A DNA stretch of 64,000 nt from Chiloscyllium plagiosum (taxonomy: Eukaryota): assembly GCF_004010195.1 (NCBI RefSeq), contig NC_057728.1:54149607-54213606 (forward strand). The letters are read 5' to 3'. Shown piece after piece: positions 1 through 11,851 of this stretch. The translations under genes were made by a program, and so were the position numbers. A model generated the notes under the pieces. It was given only the letters and a program-made list of their open reading frames with translations, was not told the DNA's origin and did no database searches. Within the stretch, counting starts at the first letter, position 1; each line of letters starts with the position of its first letter.

Positions 1-364
1 AAACTACTACCGTGCCTCCCTTGTCTGCTGGTTTGATAGTGAGGTTGGGGTTGCAACAGAGGGAGTGGAGGGCTGTGCGTTCTGAGGGTGAGGGGTGGGG
101 GAGTTCAGGTGGTGGTTAATATTGCGGCGGCAGTTAAAATGAAGCCCTCCTTGGATGAATGTAAATGATCCTATTGTGCAATTTGGGGGAAAAAAATGCA
201 GCTAATTCTGGTGAGACCCTCCAATCGTTGACCCTTTTTTTTTTTACATTTTAGCCTATCTTGCTGATCATTCTGTTCAGATATTATTATTGTACATACC
301 TCCAAGGAGGTGGGACTTGAACTTGGGTGCTTTGGTGCAAGAGTGGGGATGATGTCATTGCATC

Positions 365-555
365 ACAAGAGGGCACTGCTCTTTAATTCCTCTGTAAGCA
401 TCTTTAACTGTCTGGTTGTCATTGCATTAATGGAACATTGTTGTGTGAAAACTGACTGCTCTCCCCACATGACTGACTACACGGCAGAGAAAGCAATTGG
501 CTGTAAATGTTTTTGTACTATCTGGTCACCGAAAGCTTCATGTACTTAATACAAA
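365..555 (+). mobile_element. Ancient Deu-type SINE 3' remnant
   Basis: tgactacac...attggctgtaaatgtttttg..gaaag resembles the recalled DeuSINE/SacSINE1 tail. Confidence 0.45.
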
Positions 556-859
556 CTTACTGTTTACAGGTACAAAATTGGTACATTGTAAATATTTGCA
601 AATCATAGATTTATGCAATTGCATGCAATCTGATTTGCGTTAGTTATCAAGTAGTAGAATAAATGCTAAATATCCAGTTAGATTGATTACATATTTGCAT
701 ATTCATATTTGTAAACATGGAAATTGATTTAAGCAATCTTGCAGGTGTGCAGAATTTTAAGTCTTGTACACTATTACAGCATCACTTACTCCTGCTTTAC
801 TTAAAGTATGCTACATCTGTTGCTATTGGCAATACCAAATTTTTTTAAAATGTCTATCT

Positions 860-1440
860 AGTTTTAGGAACCAGATACCCCTCAATATTTTAAGGTAGCC
901 TAGTTCCTAACTTTAAGGTAAATATAAAGTACCACGTTCTAGATGCGATGCATTTGGTCAAACAGTTAAGCAAAACCATTTAGTTAAACACTAAGTTAAA
1001 ATAAGAGTTTTTAGAATAACAATGGTATTGGGAAACTTGACAATTATACAATAACTAAGCATATTTCCCCATATAGAAACTTCCCCATATAGAAACATAC
1101 CTTTTGGCAAAAAGGCAAATTCAGAAAAACATTTGTTTCAAATGTAATCTAGCAGCTGAGGCGAAGAGAATCCCCAACTTTCGCTAATAATCAGATTGGA
1201 AAAATAGCTTCCACTTTGTGCCCAAAAGAGCAAGTGTTCAAAGGGAAATGTAAAAACAAAAAATCCTGGCCTGAGATGGCTGGTTTCACCACCCTTCCAG
1301 GCTACTTCTATTATTCCAGCCTTTATATATTTTTAAAAAGGCATCAAGCAGCTTTTACTGTAGTGGTTTTGGTCAGCTGTCCAGTACTTCTGCCTTACTA
1401 CTACTCCAAAAAAGGACAAAAACTTGAAGCCACAGTATAG
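860..1440 (-). repeat. 3' LTR of the Gmr1-like element (contains a 16-bp tandem duplication at 1065-1096)
   Basis: Shares ctcaatattttaaggtagccta, cttttggcaaaa, aaaatagcttccactt and tagtggttttggt with 8768-9362. Confidence 0.75.
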
Positions 1441-2410
1441 TCCCCTCCCTCCCACTCAAGCCCCCCCCTAAATCCACCATGCACCACCAGTACACTGCTT
1501 TAATTTTTTAAAAAACCCTTGGTCTTGGACTTGATACACTGAATCAATGTCACATACGTCTTTTAGTGTATGAAAATTCGCTACTAGTCTCAGATCGTCT
1601 TTTCCCACCACTGAATGCCTCATCTGTCTCAAATCATGATGTCATCAATTGCATTCTCTCATCTGTCATGTGTATAGTTATCAAATTAGATGGAGCTTGC
1701 TTCAGCCATCCAAACAGGAATTCAAGGGTTATGATCTGTATATACAATTTGTCTCCAATATTACTAGCAATATAAATGTTGTAACGTTAACATCAAGCTC
1801 AAGGTTTCCTTCTCAGTAGTGCAATGCTTTAATCGATCATTCAGTTTTCTGGAAAAGTACCCAAAAGATCTTTGCAATAAGATAACACGAATACAGCACT
1901 GATGCCCAATCGTTTGTATTAGTAGCCACCTTTTTTAAAGGCTTTGTGTAATTGGGTGTGGCTAATACTGAAGCCACAGTTAACACAGCCTTCAGACTGT
2001 CAATTTTCTTCTGTCCAGTGAAATTTTTGTAGCACTTCAAGTCAGTGGAGCAACCACACTGCTAAATGTGATGCTAACTTCAAATAAAAACCCTCCAAAC
2101 CAGGAATTGTACTACTGCCCTCTTTGGTGTGTGAAGCTCCCCAGTAACCTTCATTTTCACATCTGTGGGGCCATCTGTCCATGTCCAATAATATGGCCGA
2201 GGAACGTGACTTTGTCTTCTGCAAGCTCACTCTGAGCCAGGTTGATCACCAAGTCTGCTTCCCAAAGTTGATGGAACAACTGTGGATGCTGCAAATATTC
2301 CTTCCACCTGACTAAAAATTATCAGGTCATCAGTACACTACACATACGTAATCCATAAATAATGTTATTGGTTAGTCTTTGAAATGTGTCTGGTGTGTGA
2401 TTAAAATTCA

Positions 2411-2729
2411 TAATCTCTACAGTGTTGAATCAGGCCCTTCAGCTCAAGTCCACGTCAACCCTCGCAACCCACCCAGACCCCTACCCTATTACTCTACACT
2501 TTACACCTAACTAATGCACCTAACCTACACATCCCTGAACACTAGGCAATTTGGCATGGCCAATTCACCAAACCTGCACATCTTTGGCTTGTGGGAGGAG
2601 ACCAGAGCACCCAGAGGAAACCCACCCAGACACTAGGAGAATGTGTAAACTCAGCACAGATGGTTGCTAGAGGTTGGAATCAAGCCTAGGTCTCTGCTAT
2701 GAGGCAACAGTGCTAACCACTGAGCCACC
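2411..2729 (-). mobile_element. HE1-type tRNA-derived V-SINE
   Basis: Reverse complement of ggtggctcagtggttagcactgttgcctc head, V domain and HER1-like tail. Confidence 0.88.
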
Positions 2730-4257
2730 TGGCATGACTTTAAATTGGTAGTATGTTCAGTGTCATGAAAGCAGAACTTCTTTGCTGTTTCAGATAAATG
2801 CCATTATCCTGAGTAAATCCAACTTAGGACAAAAAAAACTTATACCTCTACTTTCATATCCTATTCCACATCTTGAAGACGATTGAGAATCAGCTTTGGT
2901 AACTAACTTTAATAGTCCCCACCCAAATGTTGGGTATCATCTAGTTTGGCACCATTTTACTATGGGTGAACTCCAGTTGCTGCATCTCACTGAATAGGTG
3001 GTCTTTGGGCATGTGTTCTGTCTGTTTTTAACCTGTGCCAACTAGAGGGTGTAGTCTATAAGAATGTTGCTTAATTGGAACAGCATTTCCTATATCTATG
3101 TAATGTTTATTTTCCACAATCTCACCATGTGATAGCTCTTTCAGGCCATTTTTGATTTTCCTATGGAAGTTAATGCAGTAATTCTTTCCAGTTTCGAGCT
3201 TTCTCATTGTCCAGTTTAATTGAGGAATGCCTTCACTGTGTAACCATAACTTTTTTTTTCCCTTTTTGCTTTTCTATCAAGTACCTTTTTTGAGCATATT
3301 CACACTTTTCTATCTGGTATTCTTATCAAATAATTCACCTCACTTGATTGGTTTCTCGATGAGGCCCACTAAACCTTTGCAAAGTTTCACCTACACTTTG
3401 CTAGTGGTGGTAAAGTAGTGAATTTTTGACTTGTCTGCTTCGTGTTTTCATCACTTGCTGTGCTACTAAATGTTGTCTGGCCAACTCACCCACTGTCAAA
3501 TTTTAGGGAAAGATTACAGTCCAAATGTGGTCTAAGCTGATTCGCCAACTTCTTATGCCCCCAAAATTTAAATCAGCTGAATTTGAGATTCATTTTGCAT
3601 CCTTAATTGCAAAAAGTATAAATTGAATTCCTTTATCCCAATTGTCTGGATAGTCTTGATTTTGTAAGTCCTCAACATTGTCTTTTAAAGTTTGCCACTG
3701 TTCAGATACTCCCTGCAATTCTGGATGTTATATGCATTTGATTTGAATTGTTAAGCTATCCATAACTTCCCTGAAAAACTTTGTAAAATTTTGACCTGTG
3801 ATCAGATTTGTTTGACTAGTTTGTACCTATTGAGTAACTCTTATACATTCCTTTTTAGCTGTGATACTGCATAATGGAATTCCTTCTGGAAATCTCTAGT
3901 GGACTCGTCCCTTATGGTCAGCAAAGTGATTCCCACTTCTGCTTCAACCTGAAGCTTTAACCTTGTTATCACAGTCAGAAAATCCTAGGATATGCTTCAT
4001 GTAATACCTCAGTTGCCTGATGTTCCATTGGTTTTTCAACCACGAGGTTCAGTCCCACTTGTGATCCTACGATATCACTACCATGGACAAATTGTATTCC
4101 TGGAGCAAAGTTTCTCCTGTACTCCGACCACCACTTCACTACTTTTCGCTAGGCACTCAATCTCACTTCATGTGAATTCTCTCTTTCCCCCCCCACTCAG
4201 CTTCAGCAAAACTCTTGAGATGCCGGTGTTGGACTGGGGTGTACAAAGTTTAAAAAT

Positions 4258-4339
4258 CACAACACCAGGTTATAGTCCAACAGGTTTATTTGGAAGCACA
4301 CTAGCTTTCGGAGCGAGGCTCCTTCATCAGGTGATTGTG
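4258..4339 (-). ncRNA. Hammerhead-ribozyme-like motif in the Penelope pseudo-LTR
   Basis: Minus strand reads cacaatcac-CTGATGA-a-ggagc-ctc-gctcc-GAAA-gc-tagtgt-gc-TT...ggtgttgtg. Confidence 0.6.
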
Positions 4340-4562
4340 GAGGGCTCGATCGTAACACAGAATTTAAATCAAAGATTTGCAGTGTGATGTAACTGAAATT
4401 ATACATTGAAGAATTGATTGTCTGTTAAGCCTTTCATCTGTTAGAATACAGTGATAGTTTCACTTCTTTCATGTGTAAATCACAAAACCCTTTTTTTTAA
4501 AAGTTGCATTCTCGGGTTAGCTGTTAACAATGGTGATAACTAGACAATATGTTGAAGGTGTT

Positions 4563-5206
4563 NNNNNNNNNNNNNNNNNNNNNNNNNNNNNNNNNNNNNN
4601 NNNNNNNNNNNNNNNNNNNNNNNNNNNNNNNNNNNNNNNNNNNNNNNNNNNNNNNNNNNNNNNNNNNNNNNNNNNNNNNNNNNNNNNNNNNNNNNNNNNN
4701 NNNNNNNNNNNNNNNNNNNNNNNNNNNNNNNNNNNNNNNNNNNNNNNNNNNNNNNNNNNNNNNNNNNNNNNNNNNNNNNNNNNNNNNNNNNNNNNNNNNN
4801 NNNNNNNNNNNNNNNNNNNNNNNNNNNNNNNNNNNNNNNNNNNNNNNNNNNNNNNNNNNNNNNNNNNNNNNNNNNNNNNNNNNNNNNNNNNNNNNNNNNN
4901 NNNNNNNNNNNNNNNNNNNNNNNNNNNNNNNNNNNNNNNNNNNNNNNNNNNNNNNNNNNNNNNNNNNNNNNNNNNNNNNNNNNNNNNNNNNNNNNNNNNN
5001 NNNNNNNNNNNNNNNNNNNNNNNNNNNNNNNNNNNNNNNNNNNNNNNNNNNNNNNNNNNNNNNNNNNNNNNNNNNNNNNNNNNNNNNNNNNNNNNNNNNN
5101 NNNNNNNNNNNNNNNNNNNNNNNNNNNNNNNNNNNNNNNNNNNNNNNNNNNNNNNNNNNNNNNNNNNNNNNNNNNNNNNNNNNNNNNNNNNNNNNNNNNN
5201 NNNNNG
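4563..5206. other. Assembly gap (644 N)
   Basis: N run. Confidence 1.
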
Positions 5207-6409
5207 GGCATCCCTGTCTGCAACGTATAAGATAGACAACGTTGCACACCTCCCACCTTGTACATGGCAGGTACTCATGTGACTCAGCCAACGTTGTCTA
5301 TCTTATACATTGCAGGCAAGGATGCCCGGAGGCATGGTACATTTGGGGAAACCGAGCAAAGGCTACGACAACGGATGAATGGGCACCGCACAACAATCAA
5401 CAGACAGGAGGGTTCCCTCCCAGTTGGGGAACACTTCAGTGGTCCAGGACATTCAGCCTCGGACCTTTGGGTGACCATCCTCCAAGGTGGACTTCGGGAC
5501 AGGCAGCAGAGGAAGGTGGCCGAGCAGGGACACGGACACACGCACACTGTGTGTGGTGATTTTTTTGTACTTGCAGAGTTACATTGCACTTTGCTCAAAA
5601 ACTGTATATATTCATGTAGAACTCTTGAGCTCAAAAACTGCATGAATTTATGTAAAACTGTCATCTCACTTTTTAGATTGATTCTAATCTAAACATCAGG
5701 TCATAGACAGAACACCGGGAGCTAACACCTTCAACATTATTGTCTAGCTAACACCATTGTTAACAGCTAACCCGAGAATGCAACTTTTTAAAGGGTTTTG
5801 TGATTTACACATGAAAGAAGTGAAACTATCACTGTATTCTAACATGAAAGGCTTAACAGACAATCGATCAATTCTTCAATGTATAATTTCAGTTACATCA
5901 CACTGCAAATTTTTGCTATAAATTCTGTTAGGATCGAGCCCTCCACAATCGCCTGAAGGAGCGTCGCTCCAAAAGCTAGTGTGCTTCCAAATAAACCTGT
6001 TGGACTATAACCTGGTGTTGTGATTTTTAACTCAACAAAACTCAGTGGCTTATCCTTTTTTTTCCCCATGTCTCCCCAGTGCTTTTTCTAAACCACCAAC
6101 ACTGACTTCATGTGACTACCTCTATTACAGTGAAAAGACCTGAGCTTTTTACTTCAGTCCCCCTCGGATTTCTTTTTTACCCTGTGGCAAATTATCTTTG
6201 TCATTTAGGACATCTTCCTTTCCCTAACTACTTGAGGATTTCTTTCCCCAATTTCTATCCTTTCAGATTGAAATTGATTTTGGAAGTCAAACTTTGATTT
6301 ATGAACCAGCTCAATCATCCTCCATTTCAGCTGCTAATCTTACAGTTTTAAATCTGCTCTCCCACCTGAGTTCTCACTACTTCACGAAGTGAATTCTTGA
6401 ACTCCCAGT

Positions 6410-6650
6410 GAGAGTGGGAAGATGAGACCTAAGGGGCAACGTTTTCACACTGGGTGATACGTGTATGGAATGAGCTGCCGGAGGATGTGGTGGAGGCTGG
6501 TACAATTACAACATTTAAGAGGCATTTGGATGGGTATATGAATAGGAAGGGTTTAGAGGGTTATGGGCCGGGTGCTGGCAGGTGGGACTAGATTGGGTTG
6601 GGATATCTGGATGGGTTGGACTGAAGGGTCCATGCTGTACATCTGACTCT
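6410..6650 (+). mobile_element. CR1/HER1 LINE 3' end
   Basis: gtatggaatgagctgccggaggatgtggtggaggctggtacaatt...ggactgaaggg tail. Confidence 0.85.
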
Positions 6651-7089
6651 AAATCATCTAAGAACTTGTATTTTTATTGCCTCTTGAAGTCAACTTTCCT
6701 AATTGCTGACTTTTTTTTTCCCCTCCATGCTTTTCTGCTAGGGTCTTCCCCTCCTTTTTTCCTCTCTACCTATTTTTTTGCCTCGTTTGTTTTTAATTGT
6801 AATTCAAATGGTAGCTGCTTCATTTGCAACTGAATATTTGTTTCCAAAGATTCCGATGGCATTTCCTGGCAATCGTAAATGTCAAGCTATTGCTGCAATT
6901 TCCTCCCATTTGCACAAAGGCAAACCTAACCCCAGCTAGTCAGCCAATTCCAACAGCTTTGCCTTGTTCTCGAGACATTTAACTGCCTGAATCTTTCCAC
7001 CCACTTCAACTTCTCCCCATCTGATCAGCCTTCCACTCCACCCCTGTCAGCTGGTTTGGGGTTGGTGTGGTAGTTTGGCACACCAAACT

Positions 7090-8600
7090 ATCTTGCTGAA
7101 GCCATGTGCCAACTTGCTGACCCTCTCCTACTGCCTCTTGATCACAACCTGACCCCCTCATCACCAAACAATCATCTAGACTATATACCAGTCATTGCCC
7201 CAGATCTCCCATTCACAGTCTCAACCACTTTTACAGTGCCTCCAACCCCATGCTGCCAGTTTCTATCTTCTCCCTAAATGTCAACAGATCATCTCTGCTT
7301 ACTCCTGCACCACTGAATTTATCTCCTTATCTAGACTCCATCCTATCCCTTTTTTTTCTCCATCCTATCCCTTTTTTTTTACATCCAGGAAGACCACATC
7401 CACACCCTCCTTCTCTGATTTGGCAGTTCCCCAGCTCCCACCACCACCTCTTCACCATGGACATCCAATCTTTCTACACCTATGTTTCCCTGATGGCATC
7501 AAGGTTCTTTCTTCCTCTCCCACAGACCCAACCAGTCCCCCTCTACTGACATTCCTCTGCTTGGCAGAAGTGGTCCTCACCTGATACACTTTGTTTTCAA
7601 TCCTCCCACTTTCCACAAACCAGAGGGGTGACCATGGGTCTGAGCTCTGCCTGCCTCTTATGGTATGTGGAACAGCCCCTCTTCCACAGTTATGCTGGCA
7701 CCATTTTCCTTTTTTCCCTTTGTATCAGCACTGCCTCCTCCTTCCCATGAGGAGGAGCTTGAACAGTTCATCTATTTCATCCACACCTCCTTCCCTCCCT
7801 TTCTTGGACTTCTCCATTTCTGGCAACTGACTTAGCATCTATTACAAACCCTGACTCTCACAGCTACCTTGATTGAACATCCCACCCTTTTTCTTCCCTG
7901 CAAAAATGCAATCCCATGTTCCCAATTCCTTTGCCTCCACTGTATCTGCTCCCAGGATGAGTGACTCCACTCCAGGACATGACAGATGTTATGTCTTCAA
8001 AGATTTGCAATGACCCCTCCCCATGATCAATGCCCTCCAACCACATCCTTGTTTCCTGCGCTGCTCCCCAACACCCCCCCCCCCCCCCCCAAAAGCAGTG
8101 AGTTGCTTGGATTTCCTGATTCTACTGCACCTGTTTGTGGTGTGGTCCCCTGTAAATCAGATCAAGCATAGACTCTGAAACTGGTTCAGAGAACTTTTTT
8201 TTTCATGGGCAGTGTTACAACCAACCCCACCTCCCTGGTTGCCAGCCATTTCAACACCACCCCTACTCCCCCAATGGTGTGTCCATCAAAAATAAGGCTT
8301 CCACCATCAAAAATAAGGCGCCACACAAACTGGAGGAAGGACACCTCATCTTCCCCCTCGCACATACAACCATATAGCCTTTAATGTAGAAGTCACCAGC
8401 TTCAAAGTCTCCTCATCACTACCTCATTCCAGGCCCAGCCCCCTCCACCCCATGCACTTAACATGAATCAACCTGTCTTCTTTCCCACATATCTGCTCCA
8501 CCCTTCCCAGTGACCAAAATTTCAAACTGAAAAGTCAACTCCCCCTCTCTCCTGCTTGACTTGCTCTGCTTTCTTCACTCCACTATTTTTATCCAGCCTT
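7090..8600 (+). mobile_element. Decayed Penelope-like RT/GIY-YIG element
   Basis: Remnants of an AMG-like motif, IYYKP.DSHSYL (about 7840-7870) and HKLEEGHLIF (about 8325-8355); pyrimidine-rich and frameshifted. Confidence 0.7.
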
Positions 8601-8767
8601 TAGAACTCCTTGCACCTCCCAAAAAAATTTAATACACAAGATGTACCCTGGTTCAACCAACTGAATTCAACACCCAAAGCACAGACGCTAGCACCTACTG
8701 TTCACTCCCTTTGAGTCCAAAAATCCAAACCCAACTTGGAATTGGATTTTGATCCTGAATGAGCTGC

Positions 8768-9362
8768 CTCAATATTTTAAGGTAGCCTAAGCCTTAACAT
8801 TTATTTAAGGCAAATGTAAAGTGTTGTGTTCTGGATGGAATGCAGCTGGTGAAACTACACTCTATTAAGCAAAACAACATTTTAAAATTAATGTTTAAAT
8901 AAAACCAAAGAGGAATTTAGAATAACTTGACTATTGGCAAACTTGACAGAATAATACAGTATCTATTACTAATCACTGCTCCCATATAGTAACATCCAAT
9001 GAACACCCTTTTGGCAAAAGGGCAAAATCAAAAACATTTTGTGCAATAGGTTGGGAAGAGAAACCCCCAGTTTCTGGCAGTAATCAAGAGGGGGATAAAA
9101 TAGCTTCCACTTCAAGCCCACAACAGCAACTGCTTAAAGCAGAGCCTAAAAACCTTTTTTTAAAAAAAAACCTAGAAATCCTAGCCTGAGTTGGCTAGAC
9201 CCATCCAGGCTATTTTGTTGCTTCAGCTTTTAGTTTTTTTTAAAAAAAAAAAAACCCAAGGCCTCCTCCTGCCTTTCTAGTGGTTTTGGTAGACTGCTCT
9301 GCACCTCCACTGTACAACTATTTTGGTCATGGCTTTTAAATAACCTCAAAGCTGCAGCAACA
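8768..9362 (-). repeat. 5' LTR of the Gmr1-like element
   Basis: Homologous to 860-1440; ends ...gcagcaACA on the + strand (TGT on the - strand). Confidence 0.72.
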
Positions 9363-10210
9363 CGGTTCAAAGTGGTTCTCTTCTGTCTAGTGAATTGGAT
9401 GTTTTGGTCCATTCTAGAAACAAAGGCTTCTCTTCCTTCAAACTGGTCAAAAGCAGAAAACAAAATTGCTGTAATTTCATGGTTTATCTGTAAAGCAACA
9501 TCTTAATGTCCTAACCAAATAATTTTCTATGAAAAGTATATCTTTGCCATTCTGAATTGCATCTACATTAAGCCCATATTTATATTTGAAATTAATCTGA
9601 ATTTGCTGTACCAGGTCTTACCTGAAGCTTTATAGCTTCTAAGTCATTTCCCTTGATTTTGCACCAACACTGCTTGGGGGTATTTTACTTTGTTACAATT
9701 ACTGTAAATTTCAGAAAATGATGATATTTCTATTTTCAACTCCGTTCAGAAGTATAGGCCATTTAGTGAATGGTCCACCTTCTACAGGATTCTAAGATTC
9801 TTGTTTTAAGTAGTGACTTTGAGCAGTGTCTCTAGGTACTTCACAAATTTTGGCATGCTCATTAACATTACCACCAGTAATAGTCATCTCAATGACTTCT
9901 TTCCTGTTTCCATGACCGGACTAATGTTTTGGAATCTGGGATGGCTGCATCTTTCCTCCCACTAGATGCAGTCATCACTGTGCATCAGTCTGTGGTAGTT
10001 CAAATGGGGGAATGAATATGTAAAATACTTTGGATTCATATCATGACTGTGTATATGAATATTACAGACTCTTAAATTGAAAACTACTAGAAATGTTGTA
10101 GCATGGTGGCTGTGGTTGGGGCAGCATGGTGGCTCTGGTTAGCACTGCTGCCTCAAGCATCAGGCATTCTGGTTCAGTTCCACACTCAGTGCAAACTCCA
10201 GTTTCCGTTC

Positions 10211-11851
10211 ACATAGAAACATAGAAAAAAATACAGCGCTGTACAGGCCCTTTGGCCCTCGATGTTGCGCCGATCCAATCCCACCTAACTACACTAGCCC
10301 ACTATCCTCCATATGCCTATCCAATGCCTGTTTAAATGCCCATAAAGAGGGAGAGTCCACCACTGCTACTGGCAGGGCATTCCATGAACTCGCGACTCGC
10401 TGAGTAAAGAATCTACTCCTAACATCTCTCCTATACCTACCACCCCTTAATTTAAAGCTATGCCCCCTCATAATAGCTGACTCCATACGTGGAAAAAGGT
10501 TCTCATGGTCAACCCTATCTAAACCCCCTAATCATCTTGTACACCTCTATCAAGTTACCCCAAAACCTTCTTTTCTCCAATGAAAACAGCCCCAAGTGCC
10601 TCGGCCTTTCCTCATATGATCTTCCTACCATACCAGGCAACAGCCTGGTAAACCTCCTCTGCACCCTTTCCAGTGCCTCCACAACCTTCCTATAGTATGG
10701 CGACCAAAACTGCACACAATACTCCAGATGCGGCCGCACCAGAGTCTTATACAACTGCAACATGACCCCAGGACTCCGGAACTCAATTCCTCTACCAATA
10801 AAAGACAGTACGCCATATGCCTTCTTCACCGCACTATTTACCTGGGTGGCAACTTTCAAAGATCTGAGTACATGGACACCAAGATCCCTCTGCTCAACCA
10901 CACTACCAAGTATCCGACCATTAACCCAGTACCCCATCTTTTTGTTACTCTTACAAANNNNNNNNNNNNNNNNNNNNNNNNNNNNNNNNNNNNNNNNNNN
11001 NNNNNNNNNNNNNNNNNNNNNNNNNNNNNNNNNNNNNNNNNNNNNNNNNNNNNNNNNNNNNNNNNNNNNNNNNNNNNNNNNNNNNNNNNNNNNNNNNNNN
11101 NNNNNNNNNNNNNNNNNNNNNNNNNNNNNNNNNNNNNNNNNNNNNNNNNNNNNNNNNNNNNNNNNNNNNNNNNNNNNNNNNNNNNNNNNNNNNNNNNNNN
11201 NNNNNNNNNNNNNNNNNNNNNNNNNNNNNNNNNNNNNNNNNNNNNNNNNNNNNNNNNNNNNNNNNNNNNNNNNNNNNNNNNNNNNNNNNNNNNNNNNNNN
11301 NNNNNNNNNNNNNNNNNNNNNNNNNNNNNNNNNNNNNNNNNNNNNNNNNNNNNNNNNNNNNNNNNNNNNNNNNNNNNNNNNNNNNNNNNNNNNNNNNNNN
11401 NNNNNNNNNNNNNNNNNNNNNNNNNNNNNNNNNNNNNNNNNNCCTCCTTGCTGCTCTTAGCTCTCTCTTCAGATCCTTCCTGGCTACCTTATAACTCTCG
11501 ATCGCCCCAATTGAACCTTCACGCCTCATCTTTACATAGGCCGCCCTCTTCCCTTTAACAAGGGATTCTAATTTCTTATTAAACCACAGCTCCCTCACAC
11601 GACCCTTTCCTCCCTGCCTGACAGGTACATACTTATCAAGGAGACTCAATAGTTGCTCCTTGAAAAGCTCCACATATCAACTGCGCCCTTCCCTTGAAGC
11701 CTACTTTTCCAAGCCACGCATCCTAAGTCGTGCCTCACCGCATCATAATTTCCGTGCCCCCAGCTATACCTCTTGCCTTGCAGTGCGCACTTATCCCTCT
11801 CCATCACTAGAGTAAAAGTCACCGAATTGTGGTCACTGTCCCCAAAGTGCT
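10211..11851 (-). mobile_element. CR1-clade LINE (ORF2 C-terminal part, gap inside)
   Basis: EQRDLGVHV, LYKTLVRPHLEYCVQFWSP, LERVQRRFTR and FFTQRV motifs. Confidence 0.93.
10958..11442. other. Assembly gap (485 N)
   Basis: N run. Confidence 1.

Larger units (their letters stand above)
4215..6031. mobile_element. Penelope-like element (GIY-YIG endonuclease remnant) in fold-back/inverted configuration
   Basis: 4248-4562 is the reverse complement of about 5722-6032, and 5207-5244 of 5289-5326. Translates as CDSANVVYLIHC..C...WY(I)GETEQRLRQRMNGHR. Flanked by TCAGCAAAACTC / TCAACAAAACTC. Confidence 0.88.
860..9362 (-). mobile_element. Decayed Gmr1-like Ty3/Gypsy LTR retrotransposon (gag - integrase - RT - RNase H) with nested insertions
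   Basis: Diverged direct repeats at about 860-1440 and 8768-9362. Minus-strand remnants: gag EFKNSLREVVRTQ and AAEMEDD.ELVHK (about 6300-6410); integrase and RFSGP..EVNYLIRIPDRK (about 3280-3960); RT SNWSSPIV, Y.DDLIIFS and LVINLAQSE..VTFLG (about 2190-2980); RNase H LKAVLTVASVLATP, TTEKETLSL and YTDHNP (about 1720-2040). Polypurine tract at 1441-1453. Confidence 0.8.

Noticed and set aside
1065..1096. Short direct repeats as CRISPR-like or regulatory arrays (also 8283-8319)
   Set aside because: Only two copies each, inside transposon remnants; simple local duplications.
4517..5291. Long ORFs (228-255 aa) in the ORF track
   Set aside because: They are artefacts of reading through the N gap; the same applies to 10728-11673.
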